A stretch of DNA of 64,000 bases from Nitrososphaeria archaeon. GTDB lineage: Archaea; Thermoproteota; Nitrososphaeria; Geothermarchaeales; JDFR-13. Below the pieces are notes generated by a model that worked only from the letters and a program-made list of their open reading frames with translations, had not been told where the DNA came from and did no database searches. The first letter of the stretch is position 1; every line of letters starts with the position of its first letter. Shown here in pieces: positions 59,995 to 64,000 of this stretch. The stretch spans positions 640,001 to 704,000 of the forward strand of contig JALWXN010000004.1 of the NCBI GenBank assembly GCA_027078545.1. The letters are read 5' to 3'. A program made the translations under genes and the position numbers.

Positions 59995-60300
59995 GTGATG
60001 CCCTACCAAAACCTGGTTGTGGAGGCGGATCCATCGGAGATACATAGGATTATAGAGGAGGTCTGCGAGTCGGAGAAGCTTGAGTACTCGCTGGAGTATG
60101 ACGGCGATCTCTACAGGATATATTATAGGAAGAGGATGCTATTCGTGAAGAGGGTCCAGATGGAGGTTGCACGTGTAGTCCCCCTACGCATGGGTGATGG
60201 ACGGCTACACATAGTCTTCTGGCTCAGCGACCTAGAGTCGGAGAAGAGCCAGCGCTTCTACCAGAGGATGAGGATGCTCCTAAACAGGTATATATCCTAG
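59995..60300 (+). CDS. Hypothetical protein
   Basis: 101-aa ORF directly after guaB with typical codon usage. Confidence 0.6.
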   Translation: MMPYQNLVVEADPSEIHRIIEEVCESEKLEYSLEYDGDLYRIYYRKRMLFVKRVQMEVARVVPLRMGDGRLHIVFWLSDLESEKSQRFYQRMRMLLNRYIS

Positions 60301-61925
60301 AGAACCACCTCTGGTAGATACCTCTCCACAACCTCCTCCCTAGACTCACGCAGCATCTTGACCGCCTTAGGGAGCTTCTCAAGGATGTCCCAAGATGTCA
60401 TGCCATCCATACCCAGCTCCTCAGCGGCGAGGTCACCCGCCAGGCCATGTATGAAGACGCCGTTCTTCACCGCATCCCTCATCCTTAGGCCCAGGCCGTA
60501 CATTGCGGCAATTACTCCGTTCAACACGTCGCCAGAGCCGGCGGTCGCCATCCCGGGGTTACCAGACATGTTTATAAATACCTCTCCATCCGGCGTGGCT
60601 ATCTGTGTATGGGCACCCTTATAGACGATGTAGCACCTATTCTCCTGGGCGATCTCCCTAACCATCTCCACGGCGCTCCCCTCCAACATCTCCATCGAGA
60701 CCCTGAAGATCTTGCTGAACTCCGCCCTATGGGGAGTCAACACGGTCTCCCCACCCCTGTTCTTAACGATCTCGGGCTCCTCCCTCAGGATGTAGAGCCC
60801 ATCCCCATCCAGTATCACGGGTATATCCACCTTCTTGAAGAGCTCCCGGGCCAGCTCCTGGCTCTCACCACTCCTACCCAGGCCGGGGCCTAGGATCAGG
60901 ATGTCTATACCCGCATCCCTGATAATCTCGAGTATATGGTCGATATTCGCTGTGGATAGGCCTCCCCTACCATCATCCTCCAGTGGGTGGTAGACGATCT
61001 CTGGGGCCCTGGATGCGGCCACCCTGATCACCTCTGGCAGAGAGGCTAGCCTGGCGTAGCCGCCACCCGCCTTGAGGAAGGCGTAGGTGGAGAGTAGGGG
61101 CGCCCCATAATAGTTGGCTGCCCCACCCACCGTCAGGAGCTTTCCAAACTCCCCCTTATGCCCACTCTCCTTCCTAGGCTTTATCTCGATCGGTATGTTT
61201 AGATAGGTCCTTGTCTCGAGCTGCCTAAGGAGTGATGAGGGGTAGGCCAGCCTAGTGATGTATAGCCTCCCATTATACTCAGCCCCTGGATATATGATGT
61301 TCCCGATCTTGAGTATGCCGAGGGCGACTGTGTAGCTGGCCCTCACAGCCTCTCCATATATCTTCGCATCGCCCCCACCCACGCCCGATGGTATATCAAC
61401 CGATACAACGGGCTTCTTAGAGGCATTCACCATCTTGATAACCTCTCTGTAGAATCCCTCGACCTCCCTGTTCAGCCCAGTCCCGAATATGCCGTCGACA
61501 ATAACTGTTGACCATTCGAGATACTCCCTAAGCCTTGGTAGGTCTGGCCTGCCAAGTATCGGGGTGACCTCAGCGTCCAGCGATACCAGGACCCTATAAT
61601 ACCTCTCCGCCGGGTACCCATACCTGCCGGGGTCACCCACTATACAGATCTTGACGTCATAACCCTCCACGAAGAGCTTGAGCCCAGTGCCCAGGGCGTC
61701 ACCACCATTATTACCCGTACCCGCAAGGATAAGTACACGCTCCCTATCAAGATCAAAATTACTCCTCAGGACCCTGAAGACGGCGAGAGCCGCATTATCC
61801 ATGAGGATTAAGGGGTCTATACCCGCCTCAGCCGCCAGACGGTCGAGCTGGGCAGCATCCTCAGAGGTACCCACCAGATACTTCAATATACCGTTCCCAC
61901 CCAACACCTCAACCAGCCTATCCAT
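60297..61925 (-). CDS. nnr: Bifunctional NAD(P)H-hydrate epimerase/dehydratase (NnrE-NnrD)
   Basis: LMDNA, GNNGGD, DGIFGTG, DIPSG, HKG..G, GPGLG, TPH..E and MATAGSGDVL. The start is likely 61925 (TTTTAAAA ~20-25 nt upstream) or TTG 61886. Confidence 0.93.
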   Translation of the reverse strand: MDRLVEVLGGNGILKYLVGTSEDAAQLDRLAAEAGIDPLILMDNAALAVFRVLRSNFDLDRERVLILAGTGNNGGDALGTGLKLFVEGYDVKICIVGDPGRYGYPAERYYRVLVSLDAEVTPILGRPDLPRLREYLEWSTVIVDGIFGTGLNREVEGFYREVIKMVNASKKPVVSVDIPSGVGGGDAKIYGEAVRASYTVALGILKIGNIIYPGAEYNGRLYITRLAYPSSLLRQLETRTYLNIPIEIKPRKESGHKGEFGKLLTVGGAANYYGAPLLSTYAFLKAGGGYARLASLPEVIRVAASRAPEIVYHPLEDDGRGGLSTANIDHILEIIRDAGIDILILGPGLGRSGESQELARELFKKVDIPVILDGDGLYILREEPEIVKNRGGETVLTPHRAEFSKIFRVSMEMLEGSAVEMVREIAQENRCYIVYKGAHTQIATPDGEVFINMSGNPGMATAGSGDVLNGVIAAMYGLGLRMRDAVKNGVFIHGLAGDLAAEELGMDGMTSWDILEKLPKAVKMLRESREEVVERYLPEVVL

Positions 61926-62234
61926 AGAGTCCCAACAAAACATTTTAAAAATAATTATCTCATCCAGGTCCATAGGTTCAACCCACGACAAAACAGTTAC
62001 ATTAACTTAACCATAAAAACCATATAGTTAATGTTAGGAATCTCTTATAGTGCATGTATATGAGAACTAAACATAGTGAATCAAGGTAGTGATGTTTAAG
62101 GCAAACACCTCCAAGTATTTACCCTTTATGTTTTTCTTCCCCTTTATAAAGGTAACTCAATTATTCGTGCATGTTAGATTGTATCTATCCAGAGCAAAGA
62201 TTTATTAGGAAATTTTTGATGTATTTTTATTGAG

Positions 62235-63029
62235 ATGATAGTTAAAGAGCGTTTGGCGAATATTGCACTCAGAGCATTTTCAGTGATAACCATCGCATTA
62301 TTACTTCTAGGTCAGTTAGCGATAGCATGGCCCCCAGCACATCAATCCTATAGCGAAGCGATAGGGGGAGTTCATATAAAGATTTATAAGTTCTATGAGA
62401 GGTCACTTCAGGAGTACCTAGTTGGAACGTGTACGTTAGGATATGCCGCAGAATTAAATGGAGTTAGTGGTATTGTAACGGCAGGACATTGTTTCGACGG
62501 GATTACTGGGAATTACGACCCTCCTGAGATATGGTGGTGGACCGTTTACCAGCCTGATAGGACAGGTCTTTATGTTGGTTCTCCATCCCATGTCTATGGT
62601 GATCTAAGCTATATAGATACTGCGTTCATACCAAGTAGCCATGTATCCCCCAGTATACTGACAAAAGATCCATATGGCAATGCGGCTGTCTTACCAGTAG
62701 AATCAATAGTGCCTTGGTCTTCTATATCTGTAGGTATGGCTGTAACTAAAACAGGTTCAAACTCTGGTGTAGAGAATGGACACGTTCAGGGATATTACAT
62801 GAATCTCTATGGATTGAAATGGGTTGTAAGGTACATTAACATGAGTGCTGTACCTGGAGATAGTGGGGGTCCAGTTTATCAAAGAACTTTAGTTAGAGAA
62901 GAGGGGTACTGGACATACCAGATTAGCTTGATAGCGATAATGGTGGCTGTGGACGGTACTTACGTCTACTCCATATCAGTAGATGGTATCCAAACTGAAG
63001 TTGGGATAGTTCCTCAAACATGGTGGTGA
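62235..63029 (+). CDS. Secreted S1 (chymotrypsin-like, alpha-lytic/streptogrisin-like) serine protease
   Basis: Signal peptide; IGG, CTLG, TAGHC, IDTAFI, KTG..SG and GDSGGP. Confidence 0.88.
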   Translation: MIVKERLANIALRAFSVITIALLLLGQLAIAWPPAHQSYSEAIGGVHIKIYKFYERSLQEYLVGTCTLGYAAELNGVSGIVTAGHCFDGITGNYDPPEIWWWTVYQPDRTGLYVGSPSHVYGDLSYIDTAFIPSSHVSPSILTKDPYGNAAVLPVESIVPWSSISVGMAVTKTGSNSGVENGHVQGYYMNLYGLKWVVRYINMSAVPGDSGGPVYQRTLVREEGYWTYQISLIAIMVAVDGTYVYSISVDGIQTEVGIVPQTWW

Positions 63030-63034
63030 TCACC

Positions 63035-64000
63035 ATGAGAAATGTCATACAAATAATAATGATGGTCCTCACTATATCGCTGCTGGTTAGCTCTTCTGCC
63101 TTAGTGGCAAGAGATGGCTTTGAGGTCTCGTATGAACCGATATACTCAAGTAACAGACTTTCAATTACAAGGGTAGTCATGGAGCTTAACATCATAGACA
63201 ACGTTGTTATCATGAGGTATGAGGATTTCTCTAGGGATCCCGTCACCCTCATAACTGGGGAGATAGCTAGGAGGACTGGAGGAGGGTTGGACGAGTCAGA
63301 CTTTAGCTGGATGATTAAGGTAGGCTATAACGATGTGTTGCGGGACCTCTACAATAGGTATCCTAGTCTCGGGGGTGTCTACCCAGTCGATAGGGACACG
63401 TTCCTACTTATGATGATGGGGAGTGACGAGTCCAAGATCCAGCGTGATGTCTTGGGCATAGCTGGCTATATGAAGTCTGGCCTCGGGCTTGGATCGATAG
63501 ATATCTACTATATCCAGCTACCCATCGACCCCTACGTGCCAGACACCGATCTCTATCACTACTCTGAGCTGTACTCCAGCCTAATGGCTAGCGGTGAGAT
63601 ACCCGAATATCTCTTCATGTTCACGATAACGAATGGCGTGCCCGAGTTCGGGGCCTGGCTCAGCTGTGAGGTTGACGGCACCAGGGTTACACATAACTAC
63701 TATGAGGTCGTCAATGGGGTTAGGAGCCTAGCCGACAAGATGTTCGGGAAGGATTCTAAAGTGGTTCTACACGTTGTGTCGGTGTGCGGTGGCCTGGAGC
63801 CCCTAGTAAACCCTGGGTCTAGCCAGGCAGTATCGATAGAGGACCAACTAGCCCCCAGTTTAGAGGAGGAAAAGGAGACCGAGGCCTCAACAGAGAGTGG
63901 ATCATCACACATGGCAGGAGAGATAGCCAGTCTCTACCCATACATAACACTACTCATAGCACTATCCATAGCTATCCCAGCAGCATACCTACTCCTCCGC
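63035..64000 (+). CDS. Hypothetical exported protein with C-terminal TM anchor (stop just outside window)
   Basis: Not in the ORF track. My translation gives 322 open codons: MRNVIQIIMMVLTISLLVSSSA..., an acidic/Ser linker (EEEKETEASTESGSS), then YPYITLLIALSIAIPAAYLLLR. GGTGAT SD overlaps the S1 stop. Confidence 0.8.
   Translation, partial: MRNVIQIIMMVLTISLLVSSSALVARDGFEVSYEPIYSSNRLSITRVVMELNIIDNVVIMRYEDFSRDPVTLITGEIARRTGGGLDESDFSWMIKVGYNDVLRDLYNRYPSLGGVYPVDRDTFLLMMMGSDESKIQRDVLGIAGYMKSGLGLGSIDIYYIQLPIDPYVPDTDLYHYSELYSSLMASGEIPEYLFMFTITNGVPEFGAWLSCEVDGTRVTHNYYEVVNGVRSLADKMFGKDSKVVLHVVSVCGGLEPLVNPGSSQAVSIEDQLAPSLEEEKETEASTESGSSHMAGEIASLYPYITLLIALSIAIPAAYLLLR

Noticed and set aside
1-64000. 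Many 60-250 aa ORFs in the track lying antisense or out of frame to recognised genes (e.g. 27470-28225, 44585-45127, 48149-48610)
   Set aside because: They are shadow ORFs of strongly biased coding strands, Ser/Pro/Ile-rich with no motifs, and fully overlapped by well-supported genes.
1-64000. CRISPR arrays, rRNA/tRNA genes, C/D-box sRNAs, intact transposases or integrases
   Set aside because: None seen by eye in the short intergenic regions. Small RNAs cannot be excluded without covariance-model searches.

Overview
A gene-dense stretch from a thermophilic archaeon, probably TACK/Thermoproteota-related. The evidence is AGG/ATA/CTA-rich codons, TATA promoters, leaderless starts, and the DUF2258/ThermoDBP-like, Dph6, ZPR1, Clp1, ApgM and crenarchaeal-type FumC genes. 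It carries about 52 CDSs. I saw no rRNA, tRNA, CRISPR array or intact mobile element. Main contents: (1) a complete nitrous-oxide reductase operon, nosZ-L-B-D-F-Y, whose clade II-type NosZ has a Tat signal; (2) two tandem ~1440-aa secreted S8 proteases plus five other peptidases (M32, HtpX, ClpP-fold SDH, S16, S1); (3) amino-acid and aldehyde catabolism (aminotransferase, AOR, two ACD alpha subunits, MmsA, saccharopine dehydrogenase-like); (4) TCA genes acnA and fumC, guaB, nnr, a split MetE with divergent MetF, and moaD-moaE. The most unusual items are a flavin-binding split-barrel domain fused to a MenA-type prenyltransferase, a MoaD whose di-Gly is masked by a 15-aa tail in frame with moaE, and an AT-rich S1 protease lacking a pro-region coupled to an unknown membrane-anchored partner. 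All product calls come from motif recognition by eye; no database search was run.
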